Source of the DNA: an uncultured Pseudomonadales bacterium
GTDB taxonomy: Bacteria > Patescibacteriota > Microgenomatia > UBA1400 > CAYNMC01
Assembly: GCA_964414895.1 (NCBI GenBank)
Contig: CAYPXO010000003.1
Location: 12,284 to 76,283, forward strand
DNA length: 64,000 bases
Reading direction: 5' to 3'
Shown: piece by piece, positions 30,963 to 41,538 of the stretch
How positions within the stretch are numbered: the stretch's first letter is position 1
Layout of the letters: each line of letters begins with the position of its first letter
Program-made: the position numbers and the translations under genes
Notes under the pieces: model-generated
The model's input: only the letters and a program-made list of their open reading frames with translations
Database searches by the model: none
Told to the model about the DNA's origin: nothing

Positions 30963-31013
30963 CTTGCCAGCTATCTTATTTTTTATTAAAAATTTGAAAA
31001 GGAGGAGATAGTT

Positions 31014-31778
31014 ATGTTTTCTTTAAAAGATAAAAAAGCTTTGGTGACCGGTTCCTCAAGAGGTATTGGCAGAGGAATAGCTCTGGCTCTGGCCAAGCAA
31101 GGAGCCAGCATAGCCGTTAATTATCGATCAAGTGATAAAGAGGCAAAAGAACTTGTTTCTAAGATAGAGAAATTAGGTAGTGAGGTGATGGCTGTTCAGG
31201 CAGATGTTTCTCAAAAAGAAGATGTTGATAAAATGGTTAAAAGAGTTATTGAAAAATTTGGAAATATTGACATTTTGGTTAATAATGCCGGTGTTGTTGG
31301 CTTTAAGCCCTTTGATAAGATGAGTGAGGAGGATTGGGATAAGGTTTTGGATGTTAATCTTAAAGGTCAGTTTCTTTGCGCTCGGGCAGTTGTTCCTTTT
31401 ATGGAAGAGCAGGACAAAGGAAAGATAATTAATATTGCCTCTATTGCCTCCGGCGGTGTGGGGGTGGGTTTTTTAAACCTGGCCCATTATTGTGCTTCCA
31501 AAGGCGGAGTGGTTGCTTTGACAGAAGAGCTGGCTTTGGAGCTTTCCCCAAAAGGAATTAATGTTAATGCTATCGCCCCAGGAGTGATTGACACGGATAT
31601 GACAGAAAGTTTTAAAAAAGATCCAGAAAGGTTGAAGGCAGTTTTAGCAAGAATTCCTAAGGGAAGGATGGGTAAACCCGAGGAGATTGGAGCGATGGCT
31701 GTCTTTTTAGCTTCTGATGAGGCGGACTATTGCACAGGAGCAGTTTTTTATGTTGACGGAGGTTGGTTAGCCGGCTAA
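31014..31778 (+). CDS. SDR-family oxidoreductase (FabG-like)
   Basis: TGSSRGIG, NNAG, YCASK. Confidence 0.93.
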   Translation: MFSLKDKKALVTGSSRGIGRGIALALAKQGASIAVNYRSSDKEAKELVSKIEKLGSEVMAVQADVSQKEDVDKMVKRVIEKFGNIDILVNNAGVVGFKPFDKMSEEDWDKVLDVNLKGQFLCARAVVPFMEEQDKGKIINIASIASGGVGVGFLNLAHYCASKGGVVALTEELALELSPKGINVNAIAPGVIDTDMTESFKKDPERLKAVLARIPKGRMGKPEEIGAMAVFLASDEADYCTGAVFYVDGGWLAG

Positions 31779-31792
31779 GGTCCTTAAGAAAT

Positions 31793-33466
31793 TTATTGAC
31801 TTGTTGGCTCGAAAATTCCAATATTAGCCAGAGGTTCACCATTGGTCAGATAGACGGTTTTTTTTATCTTAAAGCAGGGCAATGATTGGCTGGCAGGAGC
31901 AACATAAAGAATATTTTCTGAAAGATCAGTTTCTTTTATGTCTTTGAAATAATATTTTCCATAGTGGTTTTCGTTGCTAAAAATACTGCCCGAGATTGTC
32001 CCCCCTTGACTAAGGTATTTTGCCGGTGGATATTTTTGGTAAAAAAGGAAATAAATCCAAGGTTGATCAAGCCGAGTAGAGACAATAATTTTATCAAAGC
32101 TGGCTTCTTCTTTGTCAACTTTCTTTACTAGGTCTTTCATCCCATTCCCCCAAAGGTTAACAACTGCTGTTTTTCCATGAATAAAGTAATAATGGAGATA
32201 ATTAGACAAGGAAAAAGCCAAGATTAAAAACATAATAGTTAGAATTGCTGTTTTTAGTAATTTTTTTTGCTTGTTTGTATTTTTTAAGACCTTTGCAAGG
32301 CCCAGGCTGGTTAGAAAGATTAAAGGGTAGCTATTGATCAAAATTCGCCGATCAAATGGGGGCAGAATTGTTATTGCTCCGGGGATAAAGCCAAGGCAGA
32401 GCCAGGCGAGGATTAGATAAAATATTTTTTTCTTTGCAGCCAAAATAATAAGGCCAATAAGAATTAAGGGTACTTGCCAGAGATATAAAAGCCTTGTTTG
32501 TGAAATTTGAGTCTGTTCCTGGCCAAAAAGTATCTGAGGACTGATTACATGCAGATAGCCACCAATTAGTTGGTTTAGAGGGACTAGTCGTCTGTTGTGG
32601 ATGATTTTTGCCAGCTTATTTCCTTTTTCTAGATCTTCAAGATAGAAGACTGCTTGTTTTATTTTTTCTTCTTGGTTGGAGAAGACACTGATTCCATACT
32701 GTCGAGAAAGAATGTTTCCTGAGAAATAAAGATTTAGATAAGGTAAAGCCATCAGCAAAAAAAGGAAAATGCCTGAAAGGAGAAATTTATAGGATTTACG
32801 TAATTCCAAAGAGGATTTTTCATCTTTGACAGGCTCAAATTCAGGATGGCGGGGACTAAGAAGAATTTGATAAACGATCAAAAAGCCCCCAAAAAGGACC
32901 ACCCAGAGTTTGCTGGCATAATAGGTCCAGAAAGCCAAGCCAAAGGTAAAAGCAGACAAAATATAAAGAGGTTTTTTATCTTTGGCTTTTAGAAATAGCC
33001 AGACTCCCAAGAGAGAGAGGAAAAAAGCGGTGTTTACTTCAAGGGCAATTCGGCTGTATTGGATCAACCAGGGAGAAATGGTAGCTAAGAAGGCAGATAG
33101 AAGAGAAACTTGGTTGTTTTCAGTTAGCTTTTTGGTTAGCAGGAAAAAAAGAGGAATGATTGCTAAGCCCAAGATAGCCGAAGGTAGTCTTATAGCCAGT
33201 TCATTTAAACCAAAGACTTTGATAAAAGGAACTAGTAAATAGACAAAGACTGGGTTTTTATGGTCGTTAAAGGATTGGAAAAGTAAAGGAAAAGATTTTC
33301 CAAATTCGTCCTTGCCGGTTTTTAAGATAGAGTAAGCGTTGTAGCCAAAAGCGACTTCATCAGCACTCAAACTACTGGGGATTACACTCAACAGATAAAA
33401 TCTTAGAAAAAATCCAAGAATACAGATAAGGGTGAGCAGGAAAAAGATCTGATTTTTTTTAGACAT
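31793..33466 (-). CDS. GT-C fold glycosyltransferase (ArnT-like)
   Basis: ADEVAFGYNAYSILKTGKDE, AIRLPSA, multiple TM segments. Confidence 0.85.
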   Translation of the reverse strand: MSKKNQIFFLLTLICILGFFLRFYLLSVIPSSLSADEVAFGYNAYSILKTGKDEFGKSFPLLFQSFNDHKNPVFVYLLVPFIKVFGLNELAIRLPSAILGLAIIPLFFLLTKKLTENNQVSLLSAFLATISPWLIQYSRIALEVNTAFFLSLLGVWLFLKAKDKKPLYILSAFTFGLAFWTYYASKLWVVLFGGFLIVYQILLSPRHPEFEPVKDEKSSLELRKSYKFLLSGIFLFLLMALPYLNLYFSGNILSRQYGISVFSNQEEKIKQAVFYLEDLEKGNKLAKIIHNRRLVPLNQLIGGYLHVISPQILFGQEQTQISQTRLLYLWQVPLILIGLIILAAKKKIFYLILAWLCLGFIPGAITILPPFDRRILINSYPLIFLTSLGLAKVLKNTNKQKKLLKTAILTIMFLILAFSLSNYLHYYFIHGKTAVVNLWGNGMKDLVKKVDKEEASFDKIIVSTRLDQPWIYFLFYQKYPPAKYLSQGGTISGSIFSNENHYGKYYFKDIKETDLSENILYVAPASQSLPCFKIKKTVYLTNGEPLANIGIFEPTSQ

Positions 33467-33511
33467 GGGCGCTGCTAGTTTTTTAAGCTCTCTTTATTTT
33501 ATAATAACATT

Positions 33512-34162
33512 GTGCAGATTATCCCTACCATTTTAACTGCCGATAAAAAGAGAGCAAAAGAAAAGTTGGAAAAATTTAAAGGGATTTTTGATTGGGTGCA
33601 GTTGGATATTATTGATGGGATTTTTGCAGATAACAAGACTTTGCTTCCTAGCCAATTTGCTAACTTACCTTTTATTTCCTTTTTTAATTTCGATGTTCAC
33701 TTAATGGTTGACGATCCGATTAGTTTTTTAGCAGAATGTCAAAAGATAAGAACCAAGAGGGTAACAGGACAAATTGAAAGGATGTCTGATCAAGAGGGAT
33801 TTGTAAAAGCAGTAAGAACAATGATGAATAGAGTTAAAGTTGGTTTAGCAGTCGACTTAGATACCTCTCTTGAGAGACTGGATAGCAGTCTTTTACCAAA
33901 ATTGGATGTGGTTTTGCTAATGACGGTTAAAGCTGGTTGGGGTGGACAGAGATTTCAAGAGCAAATTTTACAAAAAGCCCAAAAATTAACTAAAATAAAG
34001 AAGGAAGAGAATTTAGATTTTAAAATAGCAGTTGATGGAGGAGTAAGGCCGAAAAATGTAAAAAAAGCCTGTAATGCTGGGGTAGAGATTTTTTATGTTG
34101 GCAGTTTTTTAGCAGAAAACCCTAAAAAAAGATTGGAAGAATTTAAAAAGGCAGCTAGCTGA
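33512..34162 (+). CDS. rpe: Ribulose-phosphate 3-epimerase
   Basis: QLDIIDG, DVHLMV, MTVKAGWGGQ, VDGG. Confidence 0.9.
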   Translation: MQIIPTILTADKKRAKEKLEKFKGIFDWVQLDIIDGIFADNKTLLPSQFANLPFISFFNFDVHLMVDDPISFLAECQKIRTKRVTGQIERMSDQEGFVKAVRTMMNRVKVGLAVDLDTSLERLDSSLLPKLDVVLLMTVKAGWGGQRFQEQILQKAQKLTKIKKEENLDFKIAVDGGVRPKNVKKACNAGVEIFYVGSFLAENPKKRLEEFKKAAS

Positions 34163-34235
34163 ATGTCTAAATCAAAATGAAAAAATGAAAAACTAAATAT
34201 TAAAAACACATACCTAAAAACGCAAATATTAGTTT

Positions 34236-34373
34236 CGTTTACGTCAATCGGTTACGGTGACGAAGCTCGTTTCGGTAACGTCTAGCGGTGAAGGTAATTT
34301 TTAATCTTAATACGTAACCACAACCGCTAAACGATACGGGCAGCATAACCTTAACCCTAACCGTTAGACGTTT
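34236..34373. repeat. Structured intergenic element, family R3, copy 1
   Basis: Imperfect long inverted repeat related to 46061-46187. Confidence 0.75.
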
Positions 34374-34417
34374 TATCATATTTAAGCTTGTGTTTTTGGT
34401 TTTATTAATAACTAGAA

Positions 34418-35236
34418 ATGATATCCAAAATTAACCGATTAAAGGAGATTGCCAGAGACATCCGTATCGACATAGTCAAAATGATAGCTGAGGCCGGTTC
34501 TGGACATCCGGCTGGCTCTTTAGGGGTTGTTGATATTTTAGTCGCTCTTTACTTTAATGTATTAAAGCATAATTTTAAAGATCCTTTTTGGGAAGAGCGT
34601 GATCGTTTTTTGCTTTCTGCCGGCCATCTTTGTCCGGCTCTGTATGCTGTTTTAGCCCAAGCTGGCTATTTTTCCAAAAAGGAACTTTTAACTCTAAGAA
34701 AGCTGGGAGCTCGGTTGCGGGGACATTCACACCGCAATAGTCCGCCAGGAGTGGAGATCTCTGCCGGTTCTTTGGGGCAGGGTTTATCGATTGCTTGTGG
34801 CATGGCTGCCGCTGCTAAGCTAGACAAAAAAAATTATAGAGTTGTTTGTTTGACTTCTGATGGTGAACATAATGAAGGCCAGGTTTGGGAGGCAGCGATG
34901 TTTGCTAGTAAATATAAATTGAACAATTTAGTGAATATTATTGACAGAAATTTTATCCAAATTGATGGCAAGACAGAAAAAATTATGCCTCTTTTATCAT
35001 TAAAGAAGAAATATCGATCTTTTGGCTGGCGGGTTTTTCAAATTGACGGTCATGATCTTGAAAAAGTAATAATTGCTTTCAAAAGAGCTTTTAGAGTAAA
35101 AAAAAGACCGTCGGTCATTATTGCCAAAACAACACCAGGCAAGGGAGTTTGTTTTATGGAAGGAAAATGGCAGTGGCACGGCAGAGCGCCTGATAAAGAA
35201 GAGATAAGAATGGCAATTAAAGAATTAAAATGGTAG
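34418..35236 (+). CDS. Transketolase, N-terminal subunit
   Basis: SGHPAGSL, RDRFLLSAGH, GSLGQG, SDGE..EG. Confidence 0.93.
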   Translation: MISKINRLKEIARDIRIDIVKMIAEAGSGHPAGSLGVVDILVALYFNVLKHNFKDPFWEERDRFLLSAGHLCPALYAVLAQAGYFSKKELLTLRKLGARLRGHSHRNSPPGVEISAGSLGQGLSIACGMAAAAKLDKKNYRVVCLTSDGEHNEGQVWEAAMFASKYKLNNLVNIIDRNFIQIDGKTEKIMPLLSLKKKYRSFGWRVFQIDGHDLEKVIIAFKRAFRVKKRPSVIIAKTTPGKGVCFMEGKWQWHGRAPDKEEIRMAIKELKW

Positions 35237-35279
35237 ATTTTCGCAATTTTCGCGTCTAGAAGGGAGGTGAGAAATATAA

Positions 35280-35504
35280 ATGGCTAAAGTAAGCAAGACT
35301 AACTGTCCTTTTTGTGGCCACCCTATTCTTAAAAAGCTAGTGGAGTTTTACTGTCTTGTTTGGGGAATAATTGGAGTGATTTTTTTAATTGGCATGCTTT
35401 GGGGAGCGATTCGATTTAGAACTTGGGAAAAAAAAGGTTTTTTCAAAGGAATGGAACAGTCGCCACAGCAGCCTAGAGTGGAAGAAAGAATTCAGAGGCG
35501 ATGA
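35280..35504 (+). CDS. Small membrane hypothetical protein
   Basis: Strong SD GGAGGTGA; CPFCG plus one TM segment. Confidence 0.6.
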   Translation: MAKVSKTNCPFCGHPILKKLVEFYCLVWGIIGVIFLIGMLWGAIRFRTWEKKGFFKGMEQSPQQPRVEERIQRR

Positions 35505-35530
35505 TAGTAAAAAAGAGGAAGAGATTATAG

Positions 35531-35602
35531 AGGTCAGGGCGGGAATCGCACCCACGTAACTGGTTTTGCAGACCAGTGCATAAACTTCTCTGCCACCTGA
35601 CC
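35531..35602 (-). tRNA. tRNA-Cys(GCA)
   Basis: GGTCAGG/CCTGACC acceptor stem; CTGGT-CTGCAAA-ACCAG; non-canonical T loop TGCGATT. Confidence 0.9.
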
Positions 35603-35653
35603 TTGGGATATTTTAGCAAAAATTAACTGGGATTTCTATAAAGGGGGTGTTTT

Positions 35654-36295
35654 TTACTTTTTTCCATTTTTAATTCTCCTTCTTTCTGTTTCGATAATCA
35701 TTTTTACTAACTTGACCGTTTTTTCAATTTTGTTTTCTTCATTGACAACTAAATAATCAAAACCTTCAAACTGCTCTACTTCCCATGCGGCTACTTGCAA
35801 TCGCTGGTCAATTGATTTTTGCAATTCCTTTCTCCTTTTCATTCTTTTCCCTAGAATTTTAAATGAAGGAGCGCTTAAATAAACCAAAACAGCTTCAGGA
35901 ATTTCTCTTTTGACCGATTTTGCTCCGCGAACATCGACTCGGAGCAAGACATCGACACCTTTTTTAATATTTTTCAAGACCTCATTCTTGGGAGTTCCAT
36001 AGAAATTATTTAAATATTTCTCCCATTCTAAAAAAAAGTTCTGATTTATTTTCTTCTTGAACTCTTCTTTAGAGATAAAATGATAGTCTTTACCTTCTTT
36101 TTCATTGGCTCTTTTTTCTCTTGTTGTACAGGTAACAATCTTGCCAAAGCCGAACTTCTGTCTTAACCCATCAACAGTTGTATCTTTGCCAGCACCGGCT
36201 GGACCAGAGATCACTGTTAGAACACCTCTCTTTTTTTGATTTTCTATTTCTAAATCTAGTTTTGTCCGTGGGCGGATTAGGTTTAAAATAGACAT
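35654..36295 (-). CDS. gmk: Guanylate kinase
   Basis: GPAGAGKDT, TTR, EGKDYHF, YGTP. Confidence 0.95.
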   Translation of the reverse strand: MSILNLIRPRTKLDLEIENQKKRGVLTVISGPAGAGKDTTVDGLRQKFGFGKIVTCTTREKRANEKEGKDYHFISKEEFKKKINQNFFLEWEKYLNNFYGTPKNEVLKNIKKGVDVLLRVDVRGAKSVKREIPEAVLVYLSAPSFKILGKRMKRRKELQKSIDQRLQVAAWEVEQFEGFDYLVVNEENKIEKTVKLVKMIIETERRRIKNGKK

Positions 36296-36335
36296 AGGCT
36301 TTGATAAACTAGCAAATTCTATTATACTTTAAATT

Positions 36336-38546
36336 ATGATTAATGGAAAGGTTGTTTGGCAAATCTTTAGTAAGAGGAGAGGTTTTAAAAAAGGCAAAAC
36401 AAAAAAGTTTCATCTCGGGAAAGTTTTTTTGGGATTAATGACGGTTTTATGCCTCTTTTTTGTTCTCTTTCTTTTCAAAGACCTTCCCTCACCAAAAAAA
36501 CTTTCTTCCAGCAACTTCCCTGTCTCTACCAAGATTTATGATCGGAATAGCCAGCTTTTATACGAGATTTATGCTGAGCAAAACAGAACTCCAATAGGAT
36601 TAGAAGAAATTCCTGAGGTAGTCAAGCAAGCGACGATTGCTATTGAAGATAAAGATTTTTATAAACATGGTCCTTTGGATTTTAGAGGAATGACAAGGGC
36701 TTTAATTAATATCCTTTTTAAACGCAACCTTCAAGGCGGTTCTACTATTACCCAACAATTGGTCAAAGTTGTTCTTCTATCACCAGAAAGGACTCTCAGG
36801 AGAAAACTGCGTGAGGCTTTTTTGGCTACTCTTACTGAAATTATTTATTCTAAAGAGCAAATCCTAGAGATGTATATTAATAGTGTTCCTTATGGGGGAA
36901 CTGCTTATGGGGTAGAGCAAGCGGCAAAAAAATATTTTGACAAGTCGGCCAAAGACTTGAATTTAGCTGAAGCTGCTCTTTTGGCCGGACTGCCGGCCAG
37001 CCCAACCCGATTCTCTCCTTTTGGAGCTAATCCCCAGCTGGCGAAACAAAGACAGACTCAAGTTCTTAAAAGAATGGTTGAAGATGGTTATATTACCAAA
37101 GAGCAGGCGGAAAGAGCGGCCGGTCAGGAATTGAACTACGCTGTTGAAAAAATAGATATTTACGCTCCCCACTTTGTTATGTATGTTAAGGAAATTTTGG
37201 TTGAACGTTATGGCCAACAGTTGGTTGAACAAGGGGGCTTACGGGTTAAAACAACTTTAGATTTAAATATCCAAGAATTTGCTCAAAATGTAGTTGCTAC
37301 CCAAACAGCCAAATTAAAAGATTATCAAGTTTCCAATGGAGCTGCCTTGGTTGGCAAACCGAAAACCGGAGAAATTTTGGCGATGGTCGGCTCAAGAAAC
37401 TATTTTGATGAGGAGATTGACGGCAATGTCAACTTAACCACCAGTTTACGCCAGCCAGGCTCTTCAATAAAACCAGTTAATTATGCCGCCGGCTTGGCAA
37501 ACGGCTATACAGCAGCAGATATGTTTTTGGATGTTCCTACCTGCTTTGCTGTTGGTGGACAACCCTTATATTGCCCCAAAAACTATGACAATCAATTCCA
37601 TGGACCGAGTCAAATGCGTTTTGCTTTAGGAAACTCTTATAATGTTCCCGCTGTCAAAATGCTTGCTTTAAATGGGGTGGAGACAATGATTGCTACTGCC
37701 TCGGCGATGGGTATTACCGGCTGGAAAGATCCTTCCAATTACGGCTTATCTTTAACCTTGGGGGGTGGTGAAGTAACTATGACGCAAATGGTGACTGCTT
37801 TTGGTTGTTTTGCCAATAAAGGAAAAAGGATTGATCTCTATCCTATTTTGGAAGTCAAAGATTATAAAGGAAATGTCTTGGAAAGCTATGATCCGGAAAA
37901 CAATCCGCCTACCGGGGAGAAAGTTCTCCCTCCGGGGGTAGCTTACATAATTTCTCATATTTTGCTAGATAATAATGCCCGAACCGCCGCTTTTGGTGAC
38001 AACTCTCAGCTAGTAATTGCCAACCACGCTGTTTCTGTTAAAACAGGCACGACTGATGACTTGAAGGATAACTGGACTATTGGTTTTACTCCTTCTTTTT
38101 TGGTCGCCAGCTGGGTAGGCAATAATGACAGTTCTCCAATGAATCCTTATTTAGTTTCTGGGGTAACTGGTGCGGCTCCTATTTGGAATAAAATAATGAG
38201 TTTTGTTTTGAAAGATCAGCCAGATGAGTGGCCGGTTAAACCTGCCACTGTTGAAGGAAGACAGATCTGCAATTTTATAACTTCGGCTGATCTTGAAGAA
38301 CAAAAGGAAGAATGCCAACCACGTTTTGAATATTTCCTTGAGGGAACCAAGCCTCGACATATCATTGAAAAAAAGAAAATCTGGATTGACAAGACTACCG
38401 GCCGTCCTCCAGAGCCAGGAAAAACTGATAATTTGGAAGAACAAGAACACATTGTTGCTTCTGATGGCCTGCTTAAAGATTATTGTCTCTCTTGTCCTCA
38501 CGAAGGAGAAGAAGCAACGGTAGTAGATATACAAAGCCTAAAATAA
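36336..38546 (+). CDS. Class A penicillin-binding protein
   Basis: AIEDKDF, GGSTITQQL, QPGSSIK, SYN, KTG. Confidence 0.95.
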   Translation: MINGKVVWQIFSKRRGFKKGKTKKFHLGKVFLGLMTVLCLFFVLFLFKDLPSPKKLSSSNFPVSTKIYDRNSQLLYEIYAEQNRTPIGLEEIPEVVKQATIAIEDKDFYKHGPLDFRGMTRALINILFKRNLQGGSTITQQLVKVVLLSPERTLRRKLREAFLATLTEIIYSKEQILEMYINSVPYGGTAYGVEQAAKKYFDKSAKDLNLAEAALLAGLPASPTRFSPFGANPQLAKQRQTQVLKRMVEDGYITKEQAERAAGQELNYAVEKIDIYAPHFVMYVKEILVERYGQQLVEQGGLRVKTTLDLNIQEFAQNVVATQTAKLKDYQVSNGAALVGKPKTGEILAMVGSRNYFDEEIDGNVNLTTSLRQPGSSIKPVNYAAGLANGYTAADMFLDVPTCFAVGGQPLYCPKNYDNQFHGPSQMRFALGNSYNVPAVKMLALNGVETMIATASAMGITGWKDPSNYGLSLTLGGGEVTMTQMVTAFGCFANKGKRIDLYPILEVKDYKGNVLESYDPENNPPTGEKVLPPGVAYIISHILLDNNARTAAFGDNSQLVIANHAVSVKTGTTDDLKDNWTIGFTPSFLVASWVGNNDSSPMNPYLVSGVTGAAPIWNKIMSFVLKDQPDEWPVKPATVEGRQICNFITSADLEEQKEECQPRFEYFLEGTKPRHIIEKKKIWIDKTTGRPPEPGKTDNLEEQEHIVASDGLLKDYCLSCPHEGEEATVVDIQSLK

Positions 38547-38591
38547 AATGAGTATTTAATAAGTATAAAGGAGAGTGTATAATATGTTTCT

Positions 38592-40118
38592 ATGGCTTTC
38601 AAGCTCGATGTCAATAAAGACCTTGCTATATTGTCTTTCCAAGGAAAAAAGCTTCTTTCTTTATCTATTTCCAAGAAAGTTCCCGCTGAAGATGTTTCCT
38701 CTTTTGTTTTTAAAAATGGCACTTTCAAAACAACTAGGAGTCACGGCAAAATAATTAAAGCTACCTCTATTAAACAAGGATGGAAAATTTCTTATATAGG
38801 AAGGCCTGGGTGGAGAAATTGGTGGCTTCGTTTTAAGCCCAGCAGTCTTATCTTTCCTACAAGAGAGGGGGAATATATCTCTAATGTCAGAAAATTACTC
38901 CCTTATCAAACTTACAAACTTTCTTATCCGGGAACTGCCTCCAGTAAATGTGTCCTTGTTTTTACCCAACAAGGAGGAGGTTTTCTTATTGGGGCAAAAC
39001 CCTCACTTAATTGGGCAATGTTATCATTGACCAGAATTGAGGAAAAAGACTTCATTCTTAACTTTTTGCAACAAGAGGAAAACATCTACTTATTTCCCTT
39101 TAGTCAGAAATGGGAGACAGCTGTTAGGAAATTTAGAAATTTATTTTTGTCTAGCCAGCCTAAAAAAGCCTTCCATAAGATATTAAACCAGCCGCGGTTT
39201 TTCTTACAGATGGGGGTGAGAGACTTCTTTGGTAAAAGTTATCTTAAAGGATTTTCCGACCTTTTTCCTTTAATTAAGCTCTTTAGAGAGAAGCTTGGAG
39301 AGGGAAACTTTGTCCATCTTTTTGGCACTAATGCGGCTGGTTTCGACCGAATGTTCCCGGATTTTTCTATTGATCCAAAATTGGGAGGAAAAGCTGGTCT
39401 TCGCCGCTTGATAAACAAAGTCCATTCTCTTGGTCTTTATGCCAGCCACCATTTTACTCCTCGAATTGCTGATATTCACTGGATTGATAAACACCCAGAC
39501 TACAAAGAGGCAGTTGTCACTAATTATAAAGGAAATCCCTGGGTGGAGTTTTATAAAAACAATGTTTATTTTGTAATGGATCCCAATCACGAGAAATGGC
39601 AAAATCATTGCCTTAAAGTAATCGAATACCTAAAGAGTATTGGTTTTGATTATGTTCAGCTTGATCAAATTGCCTATCAGCGCAATCTTCCCACCAAAGA
39701 AGGTGGTTTTGGCCCAGGCTATCAGAAATTGATTGACCTAACAGCTAAAAAAGGGATTAAATTCTGGGTAGAAGGAGTTTCTGATATTTATAAACTTCCA
39801 TCTGATTGTTATTTCCAGATTTTGCCAAGAGATCGGATAGAGATGTGGGAAACTGGTGAGAACCGACGCGGTTATCCCTATGGAACACCTTTTACTCTTT
39901 TTTACCGTCAGCTTATGCCGAAAATTCCTGTTTCTTATCAGATAGCAACAGAGAAATATAAAAGCAACATTGTTGGTAAAAGACTAGAAATAGCTAAAAA
40001 AATAAAAGCTAATATTTACGAGCTTGAGCTTGGCTTTGTTGACAAAACCTACAATCTTCGTTTAAAAAAGACTTTAGAAGAAATTAAAAAATTTAGCAAA
40101 AATGCTAGAAAAAAGTAA
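38592..40118 (+). CDS. Hypothetical protein, probable TIM-barrel glycoside hydrolase-like (DUF6259-like)
   Basis: GFDRMFPD...LGGKAGL, GFDYVQLDQI pattern; overlaps the GT4 gene. Confidence 0.55.
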   Translation: MAFKLDVNKDLAILSFQGKKLLSLSISKKVPAEDVSSFVFKNGTFKTTRSHGKIIKATSIKQGWKISYIGRPGWRNWWLRFKPSSLIFPTREGEYISNVRKLLPYQTYKLSYPGTASSKCVLVFTQQGGGFLIGAKPSLNWAMLSLTRIEEKDFILNFLQQEENIYLFPFSQKWETAVRKFRNLFLSSQPKKAFHKILNQPRFFLQMGVRDFFGKSYLKGFSDLFPLIKLFREKLGEGNFVHLFGTNAAGFDRMFPDFSIDPKLGGKAGLRRLINKVHSLGLYASHHFTPRIADIHWIDKHPDYKEAVVTNYKGNPWVEFYKNNVYFVMDPNHEKWQNHCLKVIEYLKSIGFDYVQLDQIAYQRNLPTKEGGFGPGYQKLIDLTAKKGIKFWVEGVSDIYKLPSDCYFQILPRDRIEMWETGENRRGYPYGTPFTLFYRQLMPKIPVSYQIATEKYKSNIVGKRLEIAKKIKANIYELELGFVDKTYNLRLKKTLEEIKKFSKNARKK

Positions 40119-41460
40119 CATCGGCATTGTCCATTATCGAATCGGGAAGACTGACGGAGTTTCGCTGGAGATAATGAAGCGGAAAAGGCTACTTAAAGAA
40201 ATGGGTTATGAAGTTAGACTTATTGCCGGACCAAGGCAAATAGGGGCCGATTATGTTATCTGCGAACTTGAATTCGACCTTCCAGAGATTGTCAAGATAA
40301 AAGAGAATGCTTTTTTCCAATTTAAAAATTATGCCTCTGAGAAAAAACTACTTGAGGACATTTACAGAGTTTCTGACATTATCGAAAAAAAATTTTTGCA
40401 AATTCAGCAAAAAGAAAATTTTGATTATCTCTTCCTGCACAACATTTTCAGTCACGGACGGCACATTTCCGCTGCCCGCTCTTTTTATAACATTGCCCAA
40501 GAAACAAATATCAAAATCATTGCCGTCAATCACGATTTTTATTGGGTTGGTTCATACAAAGACCTTTATAAACCGCAAACAAAGCTAGTCAAAAAATATC
40601 TGGCAAAATATGTTCCTCCAGAACTTCCGCAAATAAGACATGTCACCATAAATAGCATCAACAGAAAGGCTCTATTAGAAAGAATTGGCAGAAAATCACT
40701 AATTATTCCTGACACTTTTGACTTTAAACAAAAAAAATGGACAAAAGACAGCTACAACCAAGACTTTTTGAAAAAAATCGGCGTTAAAGAAAATGACCTT
40801 TTTGTTCTACAGGCAACGAGGATTTCTGCCAGAAAAGGAATTGAGCTGGCCATTGACTTTGTCAAACAGCTAGCCAGACAAAAAGAGAAACTCATTGGTA
40901 AAACTCTTTACAATGGTAAAAAAATTAGCAAAGACTCAGAAATTGTTCTGGTTCTTGCTGGTTATACAGAAAAAGACTCCCTAGATTATAAAAGGAAACT
41001 CCAAGAGAAAATTAAAAAAGGAGGAATAAAAACCAAGTTTATTTCTCGTTTGATTGATGCCAGGCGCAGGAAAGAAAATGGCAAGAAAATATATTCCTTG
41101 TGGGATGCTTATGTTTTTGCTGACTTGGTTACTTTCCCGAGCTGGTGGGAAGGCTGGGGCAATCAATTTATTGAGACAATTTTTGCTAAAAAACCAGTTG
41201 TTGTTTTTGAATATCCGGTCTTTAAAGCTGACATTAAGAAAGAAGGCTACAAAGTAATCTCCTTGGGAAACAAATTAGAGAAAAAAGATAAAAAAGGACT
41301 TGTGAAACTAAGCACTAACAAAACCAAAAAAGCAGCCAAGGAAGCAATCTCTCTTTTAATAGACTCTCAAACAAAGAAGCTGCTGCAAAGCAATTTTAAC
41401 ATAGGAAAAATGTATCACTCTGAAGCTACTCTTAAGAAACTACTCCAAGAAATTCTCTAA
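40102..41460 (+). CDS. GT4 glycosyltransferase, mannosylglucosylglycerate synthase-like
   Basis: HYRIG.TDGVSLE, HDFYW, QATRI..RKGIE, PSWWEGWGNQ. Confidence 0.8.
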   Translation: MLEKSNIGIVHYRIGKTDGVSLEIMKRKRLLKEMGYEVRLIAGPRQIGADYVICELEFDLPEIVKIKENAFFQFKNYASEKKLLEDIYRVSDIIEKKFLQIQQKENFDYLFLHNIFSHGRHISAARSFYNIAQETNIKIIAVNHDFYWVGSYKDLYKPQTKLVKKYLAKYVPPELPQIRHVTINSINRKALLERIGRKSLIIPDTFDFKQKKWTKDSYNQDFLKKIGVKENDLFVLQATRISARKGIELAIDFVKQLARQKEKLIGKTLYNGKKISKDSEIVLVLAGYTEKDSLDYKRKLQEKIKKGGIKTKFISRLIDARRRKENGKKIYSLWDAYVFADLVTFPSWWEGWGNQFIETIFAKKPVVVFEYPVFKADIKKEGYKVISLGNKLEKKDKKGLVKLSTNKTKKAAKEAISLLIDSQTKKLLQSNFNIGKMYHSEATLKKLLQEIL

Positions 41461-41538
41461 TTTCACTGATTTAGTCTATTAAACTACTTTACCTTTTATT
41501 TCTTTACAAAACAGGCTAAATATGATAAAATGCCACCT

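Noticed and set aside
34418-35236. Transketolase pseudogene
   Set aside because: Length and motifs match a complete N-subunit of a split transketolase; the C-subunit may be elsewhere.
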